The position numbers and the translations under genes are program-made. From NCBI GenBank assembly GCA_964570515.1, contig CAZMYM010000004.1, positions 15,937-79,936 of the forward strand: a DNA stretch of 64,000 nucleotides, given 5' to 3'. The notes beneath the pieces were generated by a model, which saw nothing but the letters and a program-made list of their open reading frames with translations, made no database searches and was not told where the DNA came from. This document shows positions 37,744 to 46,131 of the stretch, piece after piece. This DNA comes from an uncultured Thermotogae bacterium (GTDB lineage Bacteria > Bipolaricaulota > Bipolaricaulia > UBA7950 > UBA9294). Within the stretch, counting starts at the first letter, position 1. Each line of letters opens with the position of its first letter.

Positions 37744-38955
37744 TTGAGTTTTGAACAGTTCTCGTTTGACCGGCGCATTGGCGCCGGAGTGAAGTCCGTT
37801 GGCTACACTGTTCCCACACCGATCCAGCAGAAGGCCATCCCGGTCGTTCTCAAGGGGCGCGACGTGCTGGGCCTAGCCCAGACCGGAACAGGGAAGACGG
37901 CCGCATTCGTGCTGCCGATTCTCCAGCGTCTGAGCCAGGGGCCGCGCGGCAGAGTTCGGGCCCTGATCGTGGCCCCGACCCGCGAGCTGGCTGAGCAGAT
38001 CCACCAGGACATCGTCAAGCTGGGCCGCGAGACGAAGATTCGCAGCGTCACGATCTACGGCGGCGTGAGCAAGGGACCGCAGCTTGCTGCGCTACGCCGA
38101 GGAGCGGAGATCGTGGTCGCATGCCCTGGGCGCTTGCTCGATCACGTCGACGCGCGGGGGATCGATCTGTCCCACGTGGAGGTACTGGTTCTCGATGAGG
38201 CCGACCGCATGTGCGACATGGGCTTCCTCCCCGATATTCGGCGGATCATTCAGCAGGTGCCGGAGAAGCGGCAGACGCTCTTCTTTGCGGCGACCATGCC
38301 CAGGGACACCCGTGCCCTCGCCGACAGGATTCTCAGTGATCCGGAGACGGTACAGATCGGATCGATTGCTCCGGCACGAACGGTCTCGCACGCCCTCTAT
38401 CCGGTGCCCGAAGACCGCCGAAAGGAGCTTCTCCTTGCGATGCTTCGGCGGACATCGACCGGGCGTGTTCTCGTTTTCACGCGCACCAAGCACCGAGCTA
38501 AGAGCCTTGCGGTCTACATGAAGAAGCACGGACATCGCGCGGCCGCGCTCCAGGGGAACATGAGTCAGAATCAACGACAGCAGGCAATGAACGGCTTCCG
38601 CAGCGGGAAGATCGACATGCTCGTGGCGACCGACATCGCGGCCCGAGGGATCGACGTATCGCAGATCTCCCACGTGATCAACTTCGACATGCCCAACACG
38701 GTCGATGCCTACACCCATCGGATCGGGCGAACCGGCCGGGCCGAGCGCTCGGGCGAAGCGTTCACGTTCGCGGTGTGGAGCGACGGCGTGATGGTCCGGC
38801 AAATCGAGAAGACGCTGGGGACTCGGCTCGAACGACGCCGGCTTCCCGATTTCGACTACGGCGGCGGGTTCGATCCCGAGCGCCAGTTCCCGCGAAGAAG
38901 CTCGAACTCATCGAGTTTCAGTCGTTCCTACGGAGGCCGTCGCTCCCGCCGGTGA
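37744..38955 (+). CDS. DEAD-box ATP-dependent RNA helicase
   Basis: Q motif TPIQ, AQTGTGKT, PTRELA, DEAD (VLDEADRM), SAT-like FAAT, and HRIGRTGRA. TTG start after AAGGAG. Confidence 0.85.
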   Translation: MSFEQFSFDRRIGAGVKSVGYTVPTPIQQKAIPVVLKGRDVLGLAQTGTGKTAAFVLPILQRLSQGPRGRVRALIVAPTRELAEQIHQDIVKLGRETKIRSVTIYGGVSKGPQLAALRRGAEIVVACPGRLLDHVDARGIDLSHVEVLVLDEADRMCDMGFLPDIRRIIQQVPEKRQTLFFAATMPRDTRALADRILSDPETVQIGSIAPARTVSHALYPVPEDRRKELLLAMLRRTSTGRVLVFTRTKHRAKSLAVYMKKHGHRAAALQGNMSQNQRQQAMNGFRSGKIDMLVATDIAARGIDVSQISHVINFDMPNTVDAYTHRIGRTGRAERSGEAFTFAVWSDGVMVRQIEKTLGTRLERRRLPDFDYGGGFDPERQFPRRSSNSSSFSRSYGGRRSRR

Positions 38956-39050
38956 GAGTGCGGCAGGAAGAAGACGGCCGTTCCCGCAAGATGGTGAAGG
39001 TCCGCTCCTCGAGTCCTAGCGCCCGCAGGCTCCGATTCCAGGGGAGACGG

Positions 39051-40517
39051 TCATCCGAAACTCTTGCGGAAGTGGTATCCGTATATGGTCAGAGTGATCG
39101 CGAGCGGAAACGCGCTGGGGCGGTGGCAGAGTGCCCACGCCAAGAGCTTCCAGTACTGAGATCTCTCCCGGTCCAGGATCCCCAGGTGGTAGATGGAGCG
39201 GAAGAGCGCCAGGATGTGCTGGAGGTCCAGGTGGGTTCTGTTCCTCGGGAGCGTGTACTCTCGCAGGAAGACCCTGATGCGTCGGTAGTGGGCGCGGGGG
39301 GCGTAGATGGTCTGCATGATTCTGCGGTATCCCGTCTGCAGCGTATCAAGCTCCATGTTCGGGATGATGTTCGTTGTTCCGTCTGCGTTGTCGCCTGACA
39401 CCTGGTCTCGCAGACGCCCTTCCTTAGTGAGGCGGTCGTAGAGCTTCGTTCCCGGGATTGCCTGGAGCAGCCCGACCATCGCGGTCACGATCCCGCTCTT
39501 CTGGATGAAATCAATCTGGCACTGGAAGATCGAAGGTGTATCGTGATCGAATCCGACGATGAAGCCGCCCTGCACTTGCAGGCCGGCCTGCTGGATGCGC
39601 TTGACGTCGTCGATCATGTTGCGGTTCGTGTTCAGATGCTTGCCGCATTCGGCCAAGCTGGCCTCTTCCGGCGTCTCAATCCCAATGAAGACCGTGGTGA
39701 ATCCCGCGTCGACCATCAACTGCATCAGCTCATCGTCGTCCGCCAGATTAATGGAGACCTCGGTGGCAAACTGCACGCCCTCCTTGTCTTTTCGCCACTC
39801 GATCAGCGCGGGCAACAGCTCGTCCTTCAGATATCGCTTGTTGCCGATGAGGTTGTCATCTCCGGAGAAGATCGGGCCATGCCACCCGAGCTCGTAGAGT
39901 CCGTCGAGCTCGGCAATGACCTGGTCCGCAGCCTTGACGCGCGTTCGGTGACCGAACAGCTCGGTCACACTGCAGAATTCGCAGTTGTACGGGCAGCCGC
40001 GCGAGAACTGCACGATCATCGAAGCGTATCGGCGCATGTCGACCAGATCCCACAACGGAATGGGGCTCTGGCGGATGTCGGCGAACTCGGACGTCGTGTA
40101 GAGCCTTTTGGGGCGCCCGTCAGCCAGGTCGGCAAGAAAGAGGGGGAGGGTCAGCTCACCCTCGTTCAGCACGAAGTGGTCGACCTCATCGAACTGGTCA
40201 CGTTCGGTGGTGAACATCGGGCCGCCAGCAACGACGGCGAGCCCCGCGGCTTTGCACTGCCCGATGATCTGACGGGCTGAACCCCTTTGGATGGCCATGG
40301 CGCTGATGAAGGCGTAGTCTGCCCACTGCAGGTCGCCTGGGGTCAGCGTCGACACATTGGTGTCCACCAAGCGCTTCTCCCAATCCGGTGGCAGCATCGC
40401 AGCAACTGTCAGGAGTCCGAGAGGCGGTGAGAAGGCACGCTTCCGAATGAACCGAAGTGCGTACTTGAAGCTCCAGAACGTATCCGGGAACTGAGGGTAA
40501 ATCAGCAAGACATTCAT
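39051..40517 (-). CDS. B12-binding-domain radical SAM protein with DUF4070-like C-terminus (paralog 1)
   Basis: SRGCPYNCEFCS (CxxxCxxC), an N-terminal cobalamin-binding-like region, and a conserved C-terminal tail. Confidence 0.8.
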   Translation of the reverse strand: MNVLLIYPQFPDTFWSFKYALRFIRKRAFSPPLGLLTVAAMLPPDWEKRLVDTNVSTLTPGDLQWADYAFISAMAIQRGSARQIIGQCKAAGLAVVAGGPMFTTERDQFDEVDHFVLNEGELTLPLFLADLADGRPKRLYTTSEFADIRQSPIPLWDLVDMRRYASMIVQFSRGCPYNCEFCSVTELFGHRTRVKAADQVIAELDGLYELGWHGPIFSGDDNLIGNKRYLKDELLPALIEWRKDKEGVQFATEVSINLADDDELMQLMVDAGFTTVFIGIETPEEASLAECGKHLNTNRNMIDDVKRIQQAGLQVQGGFIVGFDHDTPSIFQCQIDFIQKSGIVTAMVGLLQAIPGTKLYDRLTKEGRLRDQVSGDNADGTTNIIPNMELDTLQTGYRRIMQTIYAPRAHYRRIRVFLREYTLPRNRTHLDLQHILALFRSIYHLGILDRERSQYWKLLAWALCHRPSAFPLAITLTIYGYHFRKSFG

Positions 40518-40809
40518 CGGACCCTCCCCAACAGGCTCAACGCACTGCCATTCCTCGCGCGTTCACCGCAGTCGGCACGCACTCGAAGCGACCCCATTGT
40601 AGGGCGGTGCGGAGCCGCTTCAAGAGATGGACTGGTTGAGGTAAAAGGGAAGCAAGGCAAGGCGAACCCGATTTCTGAGCCTGGGGGATCGGACGTGGAA
40701 CGCGTTCGGCGCTGTCTCCTGGTGATGCATGGCCGCCTGCTCAAGTGCGCGATTCGAGAAGGTGCGGTTGGCAACGACATGTCGTCTGGGCTTCCGAAGG
40801 GCTCCGCTC

Positions 40810-40837
40810 TTGACAACGAGAGCGATCGCCCTATCAT
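40810..40837 (+). promoter_or_regulatory. Sigma-70-like promoter for the arsR-led operon (TTGACA-16-TATCAT)
   Basis: Read directly, 37 nt upstream of arsR ATG 40874. Confidence 0.4.
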
Positions 40838-40873
40838 TATTGCAAGAATGCACAATGTACCAAGGGAGTCAGG

Positions 40874-41158
40874 ATGAGAGAGACAGCCCCATTGACGCTT
40901 ATCGGAAAGGCCCTGTCCCATCCGCTGCGCGAGCGGATGCTTTGGCTGCTTGCCGACGGAGAGCGGTGCGGCTGCGAATTCTCTCCCGAGCTTGGCGTCG
41001 ATCCTTCGGTCGTCTCGCGGTATCTCGCGATCCTTGAACGCGCGGGGCTTGTCACATCCCGAAGGGAAGGCGTTCGTGTGATGTGGCAGCTCGCCGATCC
41101 GCAGTTGTTGGAAGTGCTGGTGCAATTGGCGGAGCTGACGACGGAGAAGGTGGCCTGA
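40874..41158 (+). CDS. ArsR/SmtB-family metalloregulator
   Basis: LSHPLRERMLWLL...GERCGCEF...VVSRYLAILERAGLV. Confidence 0.8.
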   Translation: MRETAPLTLIGKALSHPLRERMLWLLADGERCGCEFSPELGVDPSVVSRYLAILERAGLVTSRREGVRVMWQLADPQLLEVLVQLAELTTEKVA

Positions 41159-41159
41159 A

Positions 41160-42467
41160 TTGAAGCGTGAGTTGCGGATCTTCGCGATCATCTCCGGAGC
41201 CTTCCTGTTTGCGTACCTCGTCCCGTTCTCGAGCGCCGCGGTGCGCAGCGCGATCATGGAAGCCTTCCACATGCTTCAGGAGTACGCGCGCGAGCACGTC
41301 CTGCTCTGCCTAGTTCCCGCGTTCTTCATCGCAGGGGCGATTGCCGTGTTCATCTCGCAGGCAAGCGTCATCAAGTACCTCGGCGGAAAGGCCAACAAGG
41401 TTGTCGCTTACGGAGTGGGAGCCGTCTCCGGCGCGATTCTCGCGGTCTGCTCCTGTACCGTCCTCCCTCTGTTTGCCGGCATCTACAAGCGGGGGGCGGG
41501 CCTCGGACCGGCCATTGCCTTCCTTTACTCAGGGCCGGCGATCAACATCCTTGCGATCATCCTGACGGGGCGAATCCTTGGCATCGAGTTCGGACTGGCG
41601 AGAGCTCTGGGGGCGATCGTTTTCGCTGTCGTCATAGGACTGGCGATGCAGTTCCTGTTCCGCAAGGAAGAAGCGGAGAAGCAGGAGGCGGCGATGGCGG
41701 CGCCGATGCCGGAAGACGGGAAACCGATCTGGAAGACAGCGATTCCGATCGCGATGATGATCCTGTTCCTCGTCTTTGTGAACTGGGGCAAGCCGGGAAG
41801 CCTGTCGATCATGACGACGGCGGGCGAGAGGATCGTCGCGACGCGCGCCGGCGAAACGGCGGACGACGTGCTCGTGAAGCTGCCCGGCTCCGATGAGCTA
41901 TCGAGCGTCTCCAAGGGAGAGATCGAATCGCTGCAGTATGCGCCGTCGCCATACGCGTCGATCTACAACTCCCGCTTCTACATTGCCGGCGCGTTTCTGC
42001 TGGTGCTCGTCGGCCTGATGATCCGCTGGTATTCCAAGGAGGAAGCGTTGGAATGGGGCGGATCGACGTGGTCGTACGCCAAGCTCATCTTGCCGTACCT
42101 GTTCGGAGGCGTGCTGATCGCTGGCTTCCTGCTCGGGCGGCCGGGACACACAGCGCTGATCCCACCGGAATGGATCAGCGGCGCCGTGGGCGGGAATAGC
42201 TGGGCGTCGAACTTCGTCGCCAGCCTTGCGGGCGCACTGATGTACTTCGCCACATTGACGGAGCTGCCGATTCTTCAGGGATTGATGGGTTCAGGAATGG
42301 GAGACGGTCCAGCGCTGGCACTCCTTCTGGCCGGTCCGGCGCTATCGCTGCCGAACATGCTGGTCATCCGCAAGATCCTGGGAACGAAGAAGACGCTGGC
42401 CTACGTGCTGCTTGTGGTCATTGCGGCGACGCTCACGGGCAAGATCTTCGGCGCCATTGTCGGCTAG
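41160..42467 (+). CDS. Permease of the ArsP / DUF318 (predicted permease) family
   Basis: CSCTVLPLFAGIYKRGAGLGPAIAFLYSGPAINILAI and a second repeat half. TTG start 1 nt after the arsR stop. Confidence 0.7.
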   Translation: MKRELRIFAIISGAFLFAYLVPFSSAAVRSAIMEAFHMLQEYAREHVLLCLVPAFFIAGAIAVFISQASVIKYLGGKANKVVAYGVGAVSGAILAVCSCTVLPLFAGIYKRGAGLGPAIAFLYSGPAINILAIILTGRILGIEFGLARALGAIVFAVVIGLAMQFLFRKEEAEKQEAAMAAPMPEDGKPIWKTAIPIAMMILFLVFVNWGKPGSLSIMTTAGERIVATRAGETADDVLVKLPGSDELSSVSKGEIESLQYAPSPYASIYNSRFYIAGAFLLVLVGLMIRWYSKEEALEWGGSTWSYAKLILPYLFGGVLIAGFLLGRPGHTALIPPEWISGAVGGNSWASNFVASLAGALMYFATLTELPILQGLMGSGMGDGPALALLLAGPALSLPNMLVIRKILGTKKTLAYVLLVVIAATLTGKIFGAIVG

Positions 42468-42484
42468 CTAAGAAGGAGGACGGG

Positions 42485-42718
42485 ATGAAGATCGAGATTC
42501 TGGGAACGGGATGCCCCAAGTGTGAAGCTCTCGCGAGAAACGTCGAAACCGCAGTTCGCGAACTGGGCGTCGAGGCGGAGATTGTGAAGGTTACAGACAT
42601 CGTCGAAATCGCCAATCGTGGCGTGATGATGACGCCTGCGCTGTCGGTGGATGATGACATCAAGCTTGTCGGTAAGGTTGCGACCGCTGAGGAACTCAAG
42701 AGGCTCCTGACGTCGTGA
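42485..42718 (+). CDS. Small thioredoxin-fold protein (redox-active disulfide protein 2 / TM0996-MTH895 type)
   Basis: MKIEILGTGCPKCEAL...TPALSVDD. Confidence 0.8.
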   Translation: MKIEILGTGCPKCEALARNVETAVRELGVEAEIVKVTDIVEIANRGVMMTPALSVDDDIKLVGKVATAEELKRLLTS

Positions 42719-42725
42719 GAGGTAG

Positions 42726-43385
42726 ATGTGCATGAAGATCGCGAAGCTCGCGGTGACGGTGACGCTTCTGCTCTTCGTGGGTGCGACAGTCGGCGTGCTG
42801 ATCGCACAAGAAGCAACGCACTCCGAAGTGGCCGCGGGTGAGGACGCTGCGCCATCAACCGAACCCGAGATCGAGACTGGCTCAGATGTGGCATCTCAAA
42901 CATCTCCAGAGACGCCGGAAGAGTCGCCAGCCGCAACGGGGATCGACGAGTCACTGCCCACTCAGGAGACTGCGATCGCCACAGAAGTTGACGGAAGCGA
43001 AGAAACCACCACGGCAGGGGCAGCGTACGTCGAAGGAAGCTCGTCGTCATCGTGCGTGGTTGACGCGATCTACTTCCACAACACGGCTCGCTGCTACACA
43101 TGCAGGAACATCGAGGCGACAGCCAGGGCGCTGCTCGAGGCAGAGTTCGCGGGGGAACTAGCCGAAGGACGCTTGCGCTGGTCGGCCATCAACATGGAGA
43201 CGGAGCGCCGCTACGTCGATCAGTACAGCCTCGTGATGCCGACCTTGATCCTCGTGCGAGTCGTTGACGATGAGGCGCAGGACTGGGTAGCCCTGGACGA
43301 AACGTGGACCTTGATCCGAGACGAGTCGAGGTTCTCAATGTACGTCAAGAACAGCACAAGCGAGTTCCTCGGGGAATGCCCATGA
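42726..43385 (+). CDS. Membrane-anchored acidic-linker protein with C-terminal CxxC thioredoxin-like domain (resembles the ArsF-type family)
   Basis: TM anchor, a Glu/Thr/Pro-rich linker, then VVDAIYFHNTARCYTCRNIE. Alternative start at 42732. Confidence 0.5.
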   Translation: MCMKIAKLAVTVTLLLFVGATVGVLIAQEATHSEVAAGEDAAPSTEPEIETGSDVASQTSPETPEESPAATGIDESLPTQETAIATEVDGSEETTTAGAAYVEGSSSSSCVVDAIYFHNTARCYTCRNIEATARALLEAEFAGELAEGRLRWSAINMETERRYVDQYSLVMPTLILVRVVDDEAQDWVALDETWTLIRDESRFSMYVKNSTSEFLGECP

Positions 43386-44071
43386 GCGGCCTTGCAGTGG
43401 CTGCGGCATCCGCACTGTGGTTTGGCATCCTCACGTCGGTGAGCCCCTGTCCATTGGCGACGAATATCACGGCGATCTCCTTCGTCGGTCGCAGGACGGG
43501 CTCGCCAAGCGGGGTCCTTCTCACGGGGCTTCTCTATACTGCGGGCCGGGCACTTGTCTACGTGGCAATCGCGATGCTTCTGGTGACCAGCATCCTCTCG
43601 GCTCCGACGGTCTCGCTGACACTCCAGATGTGGATGAACAAGCTTCTGGGGCCCATCCTGATTCTTGTCGGGATGGTCATCCTCGGGCTCGTTCGAATCC
43701 GCTTTCGTGGTAGAGGAATGAGCGAGCGATTGCAGCACCGTGTGGAGCGATGGGGTCTGCTGGGAGCACTGGCACTCGGCATGCTCTTCGCTCTCTCGTT
43801 TTGCCCAGTGTCCGCCACCCTCTTCTTCGGGAGTCTCCTGCCGCTTGCCGTCAAGCACGGTTCGGGATTCTTGCTTCCATTGCTCTACGGAGTCGGAACG
43901 GCGATCCCCGTCATCATCTTCGCTGTCGTCTTGGCCTTTGGTGCTCGCTGGCTGGGGAAGATGTTCGAGCGGGTCACGCAAGTTGAGCGGTGGATGCGCG
44001 CGGCCACCGGCTTCGTGTTCATTGGCGTAGGGGTCTACATGTCGTTGGCGTACGTATACCGCGTTCTGTAG
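43376..44071 (+). CDS. CcdA/DsbD-family thiol:disulfide electron-transfer membrane protein
   Basis: LTSVSPCPL and FALSFCPVS, the paired Cys-Pro motifs of the DsbD beta-domain family. Confidence 0.75.
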   Translation: MPMSGLAVAAASALWFGILTSVSPCPLATNITAISFVGRRTGSPSGVLLTGLLYTAGRALVYVAIAMLLVTSILSAPTVSLTLQMWMNKLLGPILILVGMVILGLVRIRFRGRGMSERLQHRVERWGLLGALALGMLFALSFCPVSATLFFGSLLPLAVKHGSGFLLPLLYGVGTAIPVIIFAVVLAFGARWLGKMFERVTQVERWMRAATGFVFIGVGVYMSLAYVYRVL

Positions 44072-44100
44072 AGGAAGTGCGGTCCCACGAGGAGGTCGAC

Positions 44101-44421
44101 ATGAGACTGCTGGCAGAGTGGTTCCCGGAGTTCGCAGAGAAGTTCGACGAGATCGACGAGATCTATCGCGAGAAGCGGTCGATCGACGAGAAGACGTACC
44201 AGTTCATCTGCTTCGCCCTTTCGATCAAGAACCGATCGAAACCGTGTCTGCTCAAGCACTTCAAGGGCGCAATGGAAGCCGGTGCGACGCTCAAAGAACT
44301 CGCCTACATCATGGCGCTGACCTTCCGCGAGAGCGTCGGCGGCGACGATTGCTGGACACACGACGCGCTCGGAGACGTGCAGAAGCTCCTCGCCGAGAAC
44401 ATCCAGTGCTGCCCGAAGTAG
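44101..44421 (+). CDS. Carboxymuconolactone decarboxylase / AhpD-like family protein
   Basis: GAGGAGG RBS. The helical pattern EKTYQFICFALSIKNRSKPCLLKHFKGAMEAGAT fits this family. Confidence 0.65.
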   Translation: MRLLAEWFPEFAEKFDEIDEIYREKRSIDEKTYQFICFALSIKNRSKPCLLKHFKGAMEAGATLKELAYIMALTFRESVGGDDCWTHDALGDVQKLLAENIQCCPK

Positions 44422-44715
44422 GTGTGCGTTCCGCCAAAAGTGCCCGGCGACTGCCCATGGAAGGAGCCCAGAGAAGGGGCTCGCGGGGCTGGCGGTGACT
44501 CCCGAGTCGTGCATCGATGAACTGCCGAAATCGATGGTCGATGACGCGAATTGCATGGGCTTCCCGTTGATTGGGGGATGAGCGGAGGAACGCAGCCAGA
44601 CATGATGCCCCGGAGGGCACGCCTTGCGTCAATCACACAGCGTAGTTCATCCTCGGCCGGGGTTCGCGACGGGTTGGAGGTTTGGCGGAGACCGCGTTCA
44701 CTGGCGAGGGGTGGG

Positions 44716-45702
44716 ATGGTAGGACAGGCGTTGAATGCACACCAGATTGGCGCAACAGCCCGTGAGAGGCTTCACGATCCTGATCGGGCGTGGTCTGTGC
44801 TTGCATCGGTGACTGGGGCGATCTACTTGGAGAGTGATTCCGGGGACATCCTTTGGATCGCAGCCAACGCGTCCGCGTTGCACCAGCGCGCCATCCTGCT
44901 TCCTCATCTGCCAACGGATCTCCCGCCCGCGGGAAGCACATGTGCCATCGATGTTGGATGCTTGCGTGTTGGAGAGGATCTGGTCGTGGGGACTTCCGAG
45001 GCTCGTGTCTGGCTCCCGGAGGCTCTGGGACAAGAAGGAGTCTTCGCACCGGGACTCATGAAACGGACGGCCGCCGCCATCGAGCGGATCGCGTTGTGCT
45101 TGCCCCCGACAGGGGTTTTCGCCCGCGTCGCATTCTCCCCTGTAACAGGCGACTTCCGTTGTTCTCGTGAGATGCTCGGAGCACAGGTGCTTTCCGTTGC
45201 TGATCGCGCGGTCGCTTCCCTCTGCCGAATCTCGTTGGGGCGTGCGCTGCCAGAAGCTCTTGACCAAGTCACTGGCTTGGTCGGCCTGGGCGAAGGGCTT
45301 ACGCCCTCCGGAGACGACGTTCTTGGTGGATTCCTGTTCACCCTTCGAACGCTTGACTCCATTCTCCAAGGCCGGCTTGAGATCGACTGGCCGCACGTCG
45401 AGACATGGCTGCGACGAGTCGAGGGGCGCACGAACAGAATCAGCTTCTGTATCCTCGCCGATCACGCACGTGGGGAAGCGACTGCACCCCTGGCCGAGTT
45501 CGTGCAAGCGATTGCGGTGGGCTCATCTCAGGAGCGCGTTGAGGGTCTCGGAGCCAGAGTAGCGCGGATCGGCCAATCATCCGGGTGGGAGCTGCTTGCG
45601 GGCGTGTACTGCGCGTGTTCGGCGATCACAAGAATCATGGACCGACCATCCGATGGTCAGAACGCTGATCCCGCCCTGCAGCAACGCGACCTCGCACTCT
45701 GA
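44716..45702 (+). CDS. DUF2877 (AllH-like) domain protein
   Basis: GLGEGLTPSGDDVLGGFLF is the hallmark motif of DUF2877. The start is uncertain. Confidence 0.5.
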   Translation: MVGQALNAHQIGATARERLHDPDRAWSVLASVTGAIYLESDSGDILWIAANASALHQRAILLPHLPTDLPPAGSTCAIDVGCLRVGEDLVVGTSEARVWLPEALGQEGVFAPGLMKRTAAAIERIALCLPPTGVFARVAFSPVTGDFRCSREMLGAQVLSVADRAVASLCRISLGRALPEALDQVTGLVGLGEGLTPSGDDVLGGFLFTLRTLDSILQGRLEIDWPHVETWLRRVEGRTNRISFCILADHARGEATAPLAEFVQAIAVGSSQERVEGLGARVARIGQSSGWELLAGVYCACSAITRIMDRPSDGQNADPALQQRDLAL

Positions 45703-45837
45703 ACCTCGCAGGAGGTTGCGCGTGTCTGCTGACGTCAAGCTCAGGATCCAGGCAATGCGGTTTCGGCTTCTCTGTCGTGGCCGGAGCTTCGTCTTGGTTC
45801 CGGAGCGGGACTGAGTCACTGGTCGGGGTAGGTCGAA

Positions 45838-45866
45838 TTGACTAGTTAGATAGTTGGTTGTATAGT
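45838..45866 (+). promoter_or_regulatory. Near-consensus sigma-70 promoter TTGACT-17-TATAGT
   Basis: Read directly in a locally AT-rich patch, 18 nt before ATG 45884. Confidence 0.55.
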
Positions 45867-45883
45867 TCTGCCGGTGATATGGC

Positions 45884-46057
45884 ATGGCTCGTCCGAAGCG
45901 AGATGCGAGCAATCCCCTCGTGATGAAGAATTTCATGGCGCCCGCCAAGCTGCTGGCCCTACTGCAGAAATTGTCGGACAGCGAGGGAGTCTCGGAATCC
46001 GAAATCATCCGCACGGCCCTGGAGCAGTACGTAACAGACGCACTTGAGCCCGGATGA
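45884..46057 (+). CDS. 57-aa ribbon-helix-helix-like protein
   Basis: MARPKRDASNPLVMKNFMAPAKLLALLQKLSDSEGVSESEIIRTALEQYV fits strand, helix, helix. Below the ORF-track cut-off. Confidence 0.5.
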   Translation: MARPKRDASNPLVMKNFMAPAKLLALLQKLSDSEGVSESEIIRTALEQYVTDALEPG

Positions 46058-46131
46058 AGGCGGATCCTTGGAAGGAGTCGTGAGTGCGGCGATGCCGCTG
46101 AGAAGGAAAGCCTGCTAGAAAGAGGACTGAC

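Noticed and set aside
40838-40862. attattgcaagaatgcacaatgt as an ArsR operator palindrome
   Set aside because: The half-sites (ATTGCAA / ATTGTGCA) match only partially, which is not convincing by eye.
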